DNA from: an uncultured Nitrospiraceae bacterium
Lineage (GTDB): Bacteria; Nitrospirota; Nitrospiria; Nitrospirales; Nitrospiraceae
Length of the DNA: 64,000 nt
Direction: 5' to 3'
Assembly: GCA_963706325.1 (NCBI GenBank)
Contig: CAVPLT010000001.1
Span: 1,152,001 to 1,216,000, forward strand
This document shows, one piece after another, positions 43,248-53,045 of this stretch. The position numbers and the translations under genes were made by a program. Each line of letters begins with the position of its first letter. Within the stretch, counting starts at the first letter, position 1. The notes below the pieces were generated by a model. That model saw only the letters and a list, made by a program, of their open reading frames with translations. It searched no databases and was not told the origin of the DNA.

Positions 43248-44003
43248 GTGAACGCTATTGGAGTCTTTGCCGCCACCCGTTGGGAGGTGGAAGCCGTTCG
43301 CCAGGCTTTTTCCGTTACCGAGATGAGGCTGATTGGAACCGTTCGTTGCCTCATCGCCCGACAGCGGCATCTTGACTGGTGGATCATCCCGATGGGTGTC
43401 GGTCCTGAACGGGCCGCAGCTACCGCGCGAATGGTGCTCGCGAAACAAGCGTTTGCCGCGATATGGTCCACGGGGTTTGCCTGCGCATTGCGCTCAGCCA
43501 ACATCGGCGATGTCTTGATGGGAACTTACGCGACCATGTCGGATGATCGAACTGGTCGTGTGGCGTCCCCCTGCGATCCGGCAATGATCGAGTGGGCGAG
43601 ACAGGGACTCGAGAATCGGCATATAGCGGTCCAGATAGGCCCATTCTTGTCAGTGCCGCAGGTGCTTTGCCGCGCAGATGAGAAGCGCGAGATGGCTGAT
43701 CGCGTCGGCGCCATCGGGCTCGACATGGAGAGTGCAGCGTTGGGATTGGCGGCATCAGAGCGACAGATCCATTTCGGGATCGTCCGCACCGTTTCGGACC
43801 TCGTCGATGAAGATCTTCCCCTTGACTTCAATCTCTTTCTCAGGCCATCTGGATGGGCGAAGGGTGTGGCCGCCTGCCTGGCTCATCCTACGAGCCTGAT
43901 TGGACTAAATCGACTACGTCGTCAAAGTCGCTCGGCCGGTGCACAGCTAACAGCCATCTATCGAGCCTTCGCCGACCTGGCCGGCTTCGAAGTGATGGTC
44001 TGA
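43248..44003 (+). CDS. hpnG: Nucleoside phosphorylase-family protein, hopanoid-associated (HpnG-like)
   Basis: MGVGP, STGFACAL, GLDMESAA and VRTVSD (PNP/UDP family); immediately downstream of shc. Confidence 0.72.
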   Translation: MNAIGVFAATRWEVEAVRQAFSVTEMRLIGTVRCLIARQRHLDWWIIPMGVGPERAAATARMVLAKQAFAAIWSTGFACALRSANIGDVLMGTYATMSDDRTGRVASPCDPAMIEWARQGLENRHIAVQIGPFLSVPQVLCRADEKREMADRVGAIGLDMESAALGLAASERQIHFGIVRTVSDLVDEDLPLDFNLFLRPSGWAKGVAACLAHPTSLIGLNRLRRQSRSAGAQLTAIYRAFADLAGFEVMV

Positions 44004-44059
44004 TAGAGCCTGAGAACAGACTGGTTCCGTCCCAGAGGGACGGATGAGAGGAGGACGGG

Positions 44060-44827
44060 TTGGACAGCATTGCTCGCATCGGACGGTACACGCTCGACCT
44101 CACGGAGCAAATGGGACGGATGACCCTGTTTGTCCTCTCCTCGTTTGCCTGGTTGGGTCGCCCTCCGTTTCGGTTCTACCAAATCGTCAAACAACTGAAT
44201 TTCATCGGGTACAAGTCGACCTTCGTCGTTGTGCTGACGGCGGTCTTCACTGGAATGGTCTTGGCGCTCCAAGGGTATTACACCCTGCGGAAGTTCGGCT
44301 CGGAAGCAGTGCTGGGCTCCGCGGTGGCGCTCAGCATCATTCGGGAATTGGGACCAGTCCTCGCGGCATTGATGGTCACGGCACGAGCCGGGTCTGCCAT
44401 GACGGCGGAGATCGGTATCATGCGAATTACGGAGCAGATCGACGCCCTGGACACGATGGCAATCAATCCGCTGCAATATTTGATTGGACCGAAGCTCGTG
44501 GCCAGCTTGATCGCGGTGCCTCTCCTGGTCGCGCTTTTCGATGTGGTAGGGATTTATGGCGGGTACGTGGTCGGCGTGCAGCTGCTGAACGGCAACGAAG
44601 GCGCCTATTGGAGTTCAATCGAATCGGCGGTGGAATGGAAGGACGTGTACGGAGGCATTTGGAAATCCATCAGCTTCGGCCTCTTAATTAGCTGGGTCTG
44701 CTGCTACAAAGGCTTTTACACCAGACAGAGTGCAGAAGGATTGGGCGCCGCTACCACTGAAGCGGTGGTTTTGTCCGCAGTATTAATCCTCGTTTGGGAT
44801 TACTTCCTGACGTCGGTGCTGCTCTGA
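44060..44827 (+). CDS. mlaE: MlaE-family ABC transporter permease
   Basis: RELGPVLAALMVTARAGSAMTAEIGIMRITEQIDAL and GLGAATT; TTG start after GAGGAGG. Confidence 0.93.
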   Translation: MDSIARIGRYTLDLTEQMGRMTLFVLSSFAWLGRPPFRFYQIVKQLNFIGYKSTFVVVLTAVFTGMVLALQGYYTLRKFGSEAVLGSAVALSIIRELGPVLAALMVTARAGSAMTAEIGIMRITEQIDALDTMAINPLQYLIGPKLVASLIAVPLLVALFDVVGIYGGYVVGVQLLNGNEGAYWSSIESAVEWKDVYGGIWKSISFGLLISWVCCYKGFYTRQSAEGLGAATTEAVVLSAVLILVWDYFLTSVLL

Positions 44828-44899
44828 CGATCATGCGGTCTGAAACGAGAGGAACATGCGGCAAAAGCCTGGACCCTGGGAACGCCTCACGGAGAAGGC

Positions 44900-45661
44900 A
44901 TGATTAAACTGGTCGGCGTTGAAAAGACATTGGGAGGGCAGCCCGTCTTGCGAGGGGTCGACCTGACAATCCCCGAGGGGAAACTCACTACCATCATCGG
45001 TGGAAGCGGCTCGGGCAAGAGCGTGCTGCTGAAGCATATTATAGGTCTCATGCAGCCTGATCGCGGTGAGATCTGGATCGACGGCACCGATATCGCGCAC
45101 CTCAAAGGGCAGGCGCTCAATGAGGTCCGCAAGAAGTTCGCCATGCTTTTTCAGAGTGCCGCATTGTTTGATTCGATGACGGTCTTTGACAATGTTGCGT
45201 TTCCTCTCCGGGAGAAACTACGCTTGAGCGGCGACATTGTGAATAGGCGAGTCGACGAAAAATTAGCGCAAGTAGGATTGGCCGGCATGGGCCACAAATT
45301 TCCGGCCGAGTTGAGCGGAGGCATGCGTAAACGAGCCGGCTTAGCGCGCGCGTTAGTGATGGAACCGGAGATTATCCTGTTCGACGAGCCGACAACGGGG
45401 CTCGATCCCTTGATGGCCAAATCCATCCATGATCTGATCGTGGCGATGCAGCGGCAGTTCGGGTTTACCGCGGTCATGGTCAGTCACGAGATCCCGGAGA
45501 TTTTTGGGATTTCAGATTGGGTGGCCATGATCAAGAAAGGGCGCATTGCCGAAATGGCGCCTTCGAGCGAATTTGTAAAGACCACGGACGAAGAAATTCG
45601 GGAGTTTATTTTTGTCGGAGGCCCCTTCAGCGCGAAAGGTCTGCCGACCGCATCTCTCTGA
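44900..45661 (+). CDS. mlaF: MlaF-family ABC transporter ATPase
   Basis: GGSGSGKS, FQSAALFDS, LSGGMRKRAGLARAL and DEPTTGLDP. Confidence 0.93.
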   Translation: MIKLVGVEKTLGGQPVLRGVDLTIPEGKLTTIIGGSGSGKSVLLKHIIGLMQPDRGEIWIDGTDIAHLKGQALNEVRKKFAMLFQSAALFDSMTVFDNVAFPLREKLRLSGDIVNRRVDEKLAQVGLAGMGHKFPAELSGGMRKRAGLARALVMEPEIILFDEPTTGLDPLMAKSIHDLIVAMQRQFGFTAVMVSHEIPEIFGISDWVAMIKKGRIAEMAPSSEFVKTTDEEIREFIFVGGPFSAKGLPTASL

Positions 45662-45674
45662 TGTAGGAGACTAT

Positions 45675-46118
45675 ATGGAACGTGCAAAAGTTGAATTGAT
45701 GGTAGGCGTCTTCGTGCTCGTGGGGGTGGCATGCCTGGGCTATCTGTCCATCAAATTGGGCAAGCTCGAAGTCATCGGGGGAAACAACTACGCCGTGGAT
45801 GCGGAGTTCACATCGGCTTCTGGCCTGAAGCCGGGCGCATCCGTTGAAATCGCCGGGGTTGAGGTGGGGCGTGTTAAGCAGATCGGATTGAACACCGACC
45901 GAGCTGTGGTCGCTCTGGCGATTCAGGATGGTGTGAAGCTCTATTCAGATACGATTGCGTCGATCAAGACACGCGGGATCATCGGTGATAAGTATCTGGC
46001 CTTGTCCCTCGGCGGCGGGGGTGATCCGCTGAAACCTGGAGACAAGATTCGGGACACCGAATCCGGACTTGATCTGGAAGAATTGGTCAGCCAGTATGTG
46101 CATGGGAAGGTCAACTAA
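45675..46118 (+). CDS. mlaD: MlaD single-MCE-domain protein
   Basis: ELMVGVFV TM helix, GLKPGASVEIAGVEVGRV and IKTRGIIGDKY; ATG after AGGAG. Confidence 0.92.
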   Translation: MERAKVELMVGVFVLVGVACLGYLSIKLGKLEVIGGNNYAVDAEFTSASGLKPGASVEIAGVEVGRVKQIGLNTDRAVVALAIQDGVKLYSDTIASIKTRGIIGDKYLALSLGGGGDPLKPGDKIRDTESGLDLEELVSQYVHGKVN

Positions 46119-46134
46119 CGCGGAGACAGGTTGA

Positions 46135-46815
46135 GTGATGACTCACAATGAACGAGGCCGGTGGCAAGATACGATCACCACTCTGGGAAGAGGTGTTGGG
46201 ATGCATGGACTGCGATGGAAGATGATCGTGGTGGCGCTAGCGGTCCAGCTGTGCCTGTCGGGGCTATCGCCTGCTATGGCAGGGCCTGCTACGGAATCGA
46301 TCAGGGGGACGATCGATGAAGTGTTCAAGGTATTGAACGATCAGGAATTGAAAAAACCGGCACGTCATGAGGCCCGCCGGCAGCGCCTGGAAGATGTGGT
46401 CGGGGCGCGATTCGATTATTCGGAAATGGCGCGGCGGTCACTGGGCACCCAATGGAACCAAATGTCCGAGAAAGATAAACAGGAATTCGTCGAGCTCTTT
46501 CGAACGCTGCTGACCAATACATATGCAGATCGCGTTGAGAACTACTCCGGCGAAGGTGTCCAATACCTCAACGAGCGGACGGAAAAAGAATATGCGGAGG
46601 TGCGCACCAAGGTCCTCTCCGGAAAAACCGAAATCCCCATGGATTATCGGCTTCTGCACAAGGATAACGATTGGCGTGTGTACGACGTCGTGGTCGATGG
46701 CGTCAGTCTGGTGAATAATTACCGTGGTCAGTTTACGAAGATCCTCCACACCTCCTCTTATCCAGGTCTCGTCGATCAACTCCGCAAGAAGTCCGATAAG
46801 ATCAAAGCCCCTTAG
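46135..46815 (+). CDS. mlaC: MlaC/HpnM-family periplasmic lipid-binding protein
   Basis: Signal peptide; FDYSEMARRSLG..W, MDYRL and WRVYDVVVDGVSLVNNYRGQF. Confidence 0.9.
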   Translation: MMTHNERGRWQDTITTLGRGVGMHGLRWKMIVVALAVQLCLSGLSPAMAGPATESIRGTIDEVFKVLNDQELKKPARHEARRQRLEDVVGARFDYSEMARRSLGTQWNQMSEKDKQEFVELFRTLLTNTYADRVENYSGEGVQYLNERTEKEYAEVRTKVLSGKTEIPMDYRLLHKDNDWRVYDVVVDGVSLVNNYRGQFTKILHTSSYPGLVDQLRKKSDKIKAP

Positions 46816-46844
46816 CCAGGGGGCGGTCGATTCCGACGAGCGCC

Positions 46845-48047
46845 ATGCAGGGTCATCACTTGTTGCCGATTCGTATTCTCTTGGCGTTGGCCGCACTCCT
46901 GCTCGGAAGTCTCTCGTGCGCTCACGCAGACACGCAGATTTTTCCGGTCCCGTCGGTCTCGACCAGCAAGAATGACGGCCAGGATGCCGGCTTAATTGCG
47001 CCTATTCTGATCTCCGACCCTGACGGTGAGTTGAAATATCTCATGGCGCCGATGCTCATTCAGAATTCCATCGTGGGCACTCGAGCGGTTTTCAATCTGT
47101 TCAAGTACGACCCGGGTGGTCGTCAAATGCGCTTCGTCGCCTCGCTGACTGAGCGGATCGAGCGCAAAGTGTTATTCGATTATGTGGATCCTGCCTTCGG
47201 AAACGGGCAATATTCTCTCAACTTCGGTGGAACGTTCTTTAAGAATGCGACCTCCCGCTTTTTCGGGCTAGGTCAATCGACGGTGCAGGCAGACGAAACA
47301 AACTACACGGCCAGGGAAGCGCGCGCTTACTGGCGGCTTGGTCTGTACGCCAATGAGGTGACTCAGATTTCGGTGGGCCAGCGCGTTCGGCAAGTAGAGA
47401 TTCAACGGGGCGCTACGGATCTGCCTTTTTCGGTCGAGCAATTCCCCACGGTCGATGGCATGCAAGGCGAGACCATTATCGTGGGGCACCGCGCATCGTT
47501 TTATTATGATACGCGCGACAGCCTGGTCACACCCACCGACGGCGTCGCCGTCATGGCCTATGCTGAGCTGAACCAGAATATCAGAAACGGCGATCATCCC
47601 GTGTATTCGCGATATGAACTCGAAATCAAGAAGCTGTTTCCGAGCGAATCGAAGCGCGCCATTCTCATCGTACGCGCTGATTTACAAGCGACGCTCGGGT
47701 CTCAAGTGCCGTTTTTTGAGCAGTCTTCCCTGGGGGGGCAGAACAACCTCCGTGGGTTCGGAATGGATCGATATATCGATAAGCATTTGGTCGCCTTCAG
47801 CATCGAGGAACGCATCCATCTGTTGCGGACTAAAGTGGCCGGGGTGACGGCGGATTTTGAGGTGGCTCCCTTTCTGGACACGGGCCAGGTGTTCAATTCC
47901 TTTAAGGATGTCAGTTTCCAGGACTATCGCATGACTCCTGGGGTGGGGTTTCGCGCGATTGTACGTCCCAATGTCGTCGGTCGCCTCGATTACGGCTATA
48001 GCCGAGAGGGCGGAGCGATTTTTGCGGGTTTAGATTTTCCCTACTAG
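46845..48047 (+). CDS. Omp85 (BamA/TamA) superfamily beta-barrel without obvious POTRA domains
   Basis: Signal peptide, YDTRD, loop-6 motif LGGQNNLRGF, FLDTGQVF, GVGFR, RLDYG and aromatic C-terminus; only 400 aa. Confidence 0.82.
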   Translation: MQGHHLLPIRILLALAALLLGSLSCAHADTQIFPVPSVSTSKNDGQDAGLIAPILISDPDGELKYLMAPMLIQNSIVGTRAVFNLFKYDPGGRQMRFVASLTERIERKVLFDYVDPAFGNGQYSLNFGGTFFKNATSRFFGLGQSTVQADETNYTAREARAYWRLGLYANEVTQISVGQRVRQVEIQRGATDLPFSVEQFPTVDGMQGETIIVGHRASFYYDTRDSLVTPTDGVAVMAYAELNQNIRNGDHPVYSRYELEIKKLFPSESKRAILIVRADLQATLGSQVPFFEQSSLGGQNNLRGFGMDRYIDKHLVAFSIEERIHLLRTKVAGVTADFEVAPFLDTGQVFNSFKDVSFQDYRMTPGVGFRAIVRPNVVGRLDYGYSREGGAIFAGLDFPY

Positions 48048-48244
48048 TACGCTGTTGAAGAACCAGTTCGACGCCCCTGAAAAAACAAAATGGCCAATTG
48101 CAGAGGGGGTGGATATTCGCAGGATCATCAAAAAAGCCATCCAGCGTGCACCGTACGTTGAGTCTCCGGGCCATGCGAAAGCGAAGCCGGAGGATTCTTT
48201 CAACATCCTGCTCGGTGCCTGTGGGCGAACGGCCGGTATTGCTC

Positions 48245-49243
48245 ATGCGGCACATACTTCTATCATTCTTTGGCATTCTCTTGCTGTGTGGGACGCCGTT
48301 CTCGCTCGGGGCTGAGGGATTTGGCCCTTTTCCGGTCAGGAATTTTCAGGCGCTGGATCAGCTGGTTCTCGGTATGCCTGGCGAACGGGCGGCAGTGCTC
48401 CGCAGGGGCGATTTCGACGTGCGGCTTGAGCTGGCCAATACGGCCACGGTTGCTAAGGACAGCGAAGAACAGGCCGAGGTGACGATGAAATTTGAGACCG
48501 TACGGGCCGGCCTCTTTCTTCGCTATGGTCTGACCGACCGGTTGGAGATCGGGGCAGAAGTTCCCGTGCTTCACCGCTATGGGGGATTTATGGAGGGCGC
48601 GATCAAGAGTGTGGAGAATGCCACGACTGGAGTGGCACCGGCACGCAAAGCTCTCGGCGACACTCCCTATGCGTTCAACATCTCCAACGGCGGGCGAACC
48701 ATGTTTAAAGGGTCGGATGGGGCTACCGGACTGGGAGACGTGTCATTTTTTGGGAAGTACCAACTGCTGAAAGAAACCTCTGCCCTGCCTGCGATGTCGC
48801 TTCGCGTGGCGGTGAAGGCGCCCACGGGAGACACGGCGGAGGTATTCGGGAGTGGCCATCCTGACGCCGGCATCGGGTTGGCTCTGGAGAAGGCTTTTGC
48901 GGCCCACTGGATTGTGTACATGAATGTGAATGGCATATTCCCCACGGGGCGGATTGCCGGGCTTGATCTTCAGCCTGTGATAAATGGGATGGTGGCGGTC
49001 GAATATCTTTGGACCGAGAACTTTTCCATCACGACCCATTTTGACTACTACTCACCGCCATTCCACGGGACGGGGACCAGGGTATTGGACAAAGGAGTCA
49101 CGGAGGCAGTGCTGGGTGTAAGCTACCGCGTCCTGCCGGGCCTCTTATGGCAACTCTACGCAGTGGAGAACTTGGATTTTATTACGGGAAGCGCGGCGGA
49201 CGTTACGCTCTCAACCGTGTTGACCTATCGGTTTCGTTCGTAG
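48245..49243 (+). CDS. Secreted, probable outer-membrane beta-barrel protein (DUF3187-like)
   Basis: Signal peptide, GPFPVRN, GLGDV, KAPTGD..GSG..D and alternating beta-strands ending YRF. Family assignment is from memory; start is inferred. Confidence 0.65.
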   Translation: MRHILLSFFGILLLCGTPFSLGAEGFGPFPVRNFQALDQLVLGMPGERAAVLRRGDFDVRLELANTATVAKDSEEQAEVTMKFETVRAGLFLRYGLTDRLEIGAEVPVLHRYGGFMEGAIKSVENATTGVAPARKALGDTPYAFNISNGGRTMFKGSDGATGLGDVSFFGKYQLLKETSALPAMSLRVAVKAPTGDTAEVFGSGHPDAGIGLALEKAFAAHWIVYMNVNGIFPTGRIAGLDLQPVINGMVAVEYLWTENFSITTHFDYYSPPFHGTGTRVLDKGVTEAVLGVSYRVLPGLLWQLYAVENLDFITGSAADVTLSTVLTYRFRS

Positions 49244-49473
49244 CAGCATTCGCACAGTGGGGACAGTAAAGATTCTGTCGACTCTTGGGGATCTCATACT
49301 CGATCGTAAGCATAAGAGAAATCTTGACACGAGCCGTGGCATATGTGAAGATGACACGACGTAAACGAACTTCTTACGCTGCTTCGCCGCCATCTTCTCA
49401 AGACAATTGTTTCCCACTGAATGAAAATTCATATCTGCGCCCAGTTGTCATGCCTTGACAAGGAGATCGTGCA

Positions 49474-51420
49474 ATGTCTCTGCTGAAACATATCCACAGT
49501 CCCGCTGATTTGAAACGTCTCTCCCCTGAACAGTTTCCGGAACTATGCCAGGAGATCCGTGAACAGATCCTCGCGGTAGTTTCCAACGTTGGAGGGCACT
49601 TGGCCTCCAACCTTGGCGTCGTGGAGCTGACCGTTGCGCTGCAGTATCTCCTCGACACGCCGAATGACAAGATCGTCTGGGATACCAGTAATCAAGCCTA
49701 TGCCCACAAGTTGCTAACCGGCCGCCGGGAGCAGTTTCACACGCTCCGGCAGTATGGGGGACTAAGCGGATTTTGTAAACGCGAAGAGACTGCTTACGAC
49801 ACGTTTAACGCCGGTCATGCCGGCACCGGCGTCTCCGCCGCATTCGGGATGGTAGAAGCGCGTGACCAACGGCATCAGAAGCACAAAGTGGTGTGTGTGG
49901 TGGGTGATGGCGCCATGACGGCGGGTATGACTTTGGAAGGGCTGCACCATGCCGGAGGGACCAACAAAGATTTCATCGTCGTTCTGAACGACAATCAAAT
50001 GTCTATTTCGAAGAACGTCGGAGCGATCTCGGCCTATTTGAACCGGACGTTCACCGGGGAGTTCTACGCGCGGATGCGGGAAGAAACCGGTCAGCTGCTG
50101 CGAAGGATTCCACATATCGGCCTCGAAGTGCAAAAGATTGCCCGCCGCGCCGAAGAATTGGCCAAAGGCGCGATTCTTCCGGGTCTGCTGTTCGAAGAGT
50201 TGGGCTTCCAGTATGCCGGACCGATTGATGGCCATAATTTCGAACACCTTCTGCCGACGTTGGAGAATGTGCTGAAAATGAAAGGCCCGGTCCTGCTCCA
50301 CGTGATTACGAAAAAGGGGCTAGGGTATGAGCCGGCGATGGAAAATCCCGTCTGGTTCCATGCTTGCCCTCCATTCGTGCGAGAAACGGGCAAACCGGCT
50401 AAGAAAGCATCCAGGCCCAGCTATACGAGCATGGCCGTTGATGCCCTGATCAAGGTCGCGCACCAGGATAAACGGATTGTGGCCATCACCGCCGCCATGT
50501 GCGAGGGCACGGGTCTCAATGCGTTTGAAAAAGTATTTCCCGATCGTATTTATGACGTCGGCATTGCCGAGCAGCATGCGGTCACGTTCGCAGCTGGAAT
50601 GGCCGCGCAAGGCATGAAGCCCGTTGTCGCGCTCTATTCCACTTTCCTTCAGCGCGCCTATGATCAGGTTGTGCACGATGTGGCCACGCAGAATTTGCCG
50701 GTGACCTTTTGCATCGACCGGGGTGGGCTTGTTGCGGAAGATGGAACGACCCACCATGGCGCGTTCGACTTTGCATTTTTACGGCATGTACCGAATATGG
50801 TCGTCACGGCGCCCAAGGACGAAAACGAGTTGCAGCATTTGATGAAGACCTGTGTGAGTTATGACGGTCCCGCTTCAGTGCGTTATGCCCGTGGCGTGAG
50901 CCTCGGGGTCCCGATGGATCCGGAGCCTACCGCGTTGCCGATCGGCAAAGGCGAATTGTTGCGCGAAGGCACCGATGTCGCGATTGTCGCGATCGGAGTC
51001 ACCGTATGGCCGGCAGTCAAGGCCGCGGAGCGCTTGGCCCAGGAAGGAATCTCGGCCGCAGTGATTAATGCCCGTTTCGTGAAGCCGTTAGATACCGAAC
51101 TGATCATCGAAACGGCGAAGAATGTGCGCTGCTTGATCACTGTCGAGGAAGGCTCCAAGATGGGAGGGTTTGGTTCCGCGGTGTTGGAGGCCCTGTCCGA
51201 GGAAGGGATCACCCATTTGCGAACGAAGCTTCTCGGCCTCCCGGATTGGTACATCGAGCAGGGACCGCAAGATTTCCTGCGGGAACGATATGGGCTGACC
51301 GAAGAGGGCATTTACAACGGTGTGAAGGCGTTGTTTGGAGCTAGTGTGGCCACAGATGACGCCGCTCGACTGGCGTCATTGGTCGGAAGCTTGCCGCATG
51401 GGGATGAGCAGGGCAGCTAG
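49474..51420 (+). CDS. dxs: 1-deoxy-D-xylulose-5-phosphate synthase
   Basis: GGHLASNLGVVELT, GDGAMTAG...LNDN, DVGIAEQHAVT, YSTFLQRAYDQ and DGTTHHG. Confidence 0.97.
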   Translation: MSLLKHIHSPADLKRLSPEQFPELCQEIREQILAVVSNVGGHLASNLGVVELTVALQYLLDTPNDKIVWDTSNQAYAHKLLTGRREQFHTLRQYGGLSGFCKREETAYDTFNAGHAGTGVSAAFGMVEARDQRHQKHKVVCVVGDGAMTAGMTLEGLHHAGGTNKDFIVVLNDNQMSISKNVGAISAYLNRTFTGEFYARMREETGQLLRRIPHIGLEVQKIARRAEELAKGAILPGLLFEELGFQYAGPIDGHNFEHLLPTLENVLKMKGPVLLHVITKKGLGYEPAMENPVWFHACPPFVRETGKPAKKASRPSYTSMAVDALIKVAHQDKRIVAITAAMCEGTGLNAFEKVFPDRIYDVGIAEQHAVTFAAGMAAQGMKPVVALYSTFLQRAYDQVVHDVATQNLPVTFCIDRGGLVAEDGTTHHGAFDFAFLRHVPNMVVTAPKDENELQHLMKTCVSYDGPASVRYARGVSLGVPMDPEPTALPIGKGELLREGTDVAIVAIGVTVWPAVKAAERLAQEGISAAVINARFVKPLDTELIIETAKNVRCLITVEEGSKMGGFGSAVLEALSEEGITHLRTKLLGLPDWYIEQGPQDFLRERYGLTEEGIYNGVKALFGASVATDDAARLASLVGSLPHGDEQGS

Positions 51421-51461
51421 CCGCCCAGGGTTAGTCAAAGAGCAAACACGCCGGGAAATTC

Positions 51462-52664
51462 ATGCACATCACACGGAAGAAAACGCGGCAGATTCAAGCA
51501 GGGTCGGTGAAGATCGGCGGCGATGCGCCGATTTCGGTCCAGTCCATGTGTTCGACCGATACGCGCGATGTGACAGCCACAGTCGCTCAGATCCGTCAAC
51601 TGGAGGACGCCGGTTGCGAGATCATTCGTGTCGCCGTGCCCGATGATGCGGCGGCTGCGGTCCTTCCCCAGATCAAAGCGGCAATGACGGTGCCACTGAT
51701 CGCCGATATTCACTTCGACCATCGCCTTGCCCTCAAAGCCGCTGAAGTGGTCGATTGCGTCCGCATCAACCCGGGCAACATCGGGCCCTGGTGGAAGGTG
51801 CAGGAGGTTCTCAAGGCGGTTAATGAGCGAGGAATTCCCTTGCGAGTAGGGGTCAATGGTGGCTCTCTCGAGAGACCCCTGCTGGATAAATATGGATGGC
51901 CTTCACCGGAAGCCCTTTCAGAATCGGCATTGAATGCGGTGCATGCATTGGAAGACGAGGGCTTCACCAATATGAAGGTGTCGCTCAAGGCCTCCGACGT
52001 TCACCACGCCATTGATGCGTATTATTTGTTTTCCACTCAATCAAATTACCCTTTGCATATCGGGATTACGGAAGCCGGGACGGCCATGACCGGAGCCGTG
52101 AAATCTGCTATCGGGCTGGGGTGGCTTTTATCGCAGGGCATCGGCGATACACTGCGGGTCTCCCTCGCGGCCGATCCGGTGGAAGAGGTCAAAGTCGGCT
52201 TTGAGATTCTCAAGTCGCTGGAGTTGCGCCACCGCGGCATCAATGTCATCGCCTGCCCGACCTGCGGCCGAGTTGAGATCGATGTCGTGCGTATGGCGAA
52301 TGAGCTGGAAAAGAAATTGGGCCATATTAAGACGCCTCTCAACGTGTCCGTGCTCGGCTGTGTGGTGAACGGCATTGGGGAAGGCAAGGAAGCAGATATC
52401 GGCATTGCCGGTGGAGAAGGCAAGGGCATTCTCTTCAAAAAGGGCAAGCTGATGCGGAAAGTACCCATCGAAGACCTCATGGACACCCTGATTCGCGAAG
52501 TTGAACTGCTGGCGAAAGAGAAAGAAGCCGAAGGCGGGACTGCGCATGATGGGGAGGCCATGGAAGACGCGCATGCGGAGGCAGGGTGGGAATTAATCGG
52601 TCATGCGACAGATGAACACTCGACCATTGTCAGAGATATTCCCGTGCTTCCGACTGAGCGGTAG
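51462..52664 (+). CDS. ispG: (E)-4-hydroxy-3-methylbut-2-enyl-diphosphate synthase
   Basis: ISVQSM, ADIHF, RINPGNIG, GITEAG, GDTLRVSL, CPTCGR and GCVVNG.GE. Confidence 0.97.
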   Translation: MHITRKKTRQIQAGSVKIGGDAPISVQSMCSTDTRDVTATVAQIRQLEDAGCEIIRVAVPDDAAAAVLPQIKAAMTVPLIADIHFDHRLALKAAEVVDCVRINPGNIGPWWKVQEVLKAVNERGIPLRVGVNGGSLERPLLDKYGWPSPEALSESALNAVHALEDEGFTNMKVSLKASDVHHAIDAYYLFSTQSNYPLHIGITEAGTAMTGAVKSAIGLGWLLSQGIGDTLRVSLAADPVEEVKVGFEILKSLELRHRGINVIACPTCGRVEIDVVRMANELEKKLGHIKTPLNVSVLGCVVNGIGEGKEADIGIAGGEGKGILFKKGKLMRKVPIEDLMDTLIREVELLAKEKEAEGGTAHDGEAMEDAHAEAGWELIGHATDEHSTIVRDIPVLPTER

Positions 52665-52724
52665 TCTAACGCCATTGGATCTTAGGTCTGTCTCGATTAT
52701 TCCTTCAGTTCCCTCGCTTGGCGG

Positions 52725-52754
52725 TTGAGTTCCTGAAGGTCCCCCTTCTATAAT
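52725..52754 (+). promoter_or_regulatory. Sigma70-type promoter of tRNA-Cys
   Basis: TTGAGT-18 nt-TATAAT, ending 9 nt before the tRNA. Confidence 0.55.
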
Positions 52755-52763
52755 CCCATCCGT

Positions 52764-52839
52764 GGCGCCGTACCCAAGTGGCTAAGGGAGCAGTCTGCAA
52801 AACTGCGATGCGGCGGTTCGAACCCGCCCGGCGCCTCCA
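52764..52839 (+). tRNA. tRNA-Cys (GCA)
   Basis: Acceptor stem GGCGCCG/CGGCGCC, anticodon arm GCAGT-CTGCAAA-ACTGC, T-arm GGCGG-TTCGAAC-CCGCC, U73 discriminator and encoded CCA. Confidence 0.97.
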
Positions 52840-53045
52840 AACATTCCTGCTGGTATTTCAGATGGTTCGGTCATTCTGACAGGGCCATCTTTCACGCTGT
52901 TATTCACTGCTACTGGCCGACGAATAATACCCACCGGAGCCATTACCGTCCCCTTCCCACATCGTGCATGCCGCTGTCTCGTCATCGTGATGCCCGCTGG
53001 CGGTTAGGCCTCCGTGGAAATTTCACATCCGTCGCATCGCGTCGG

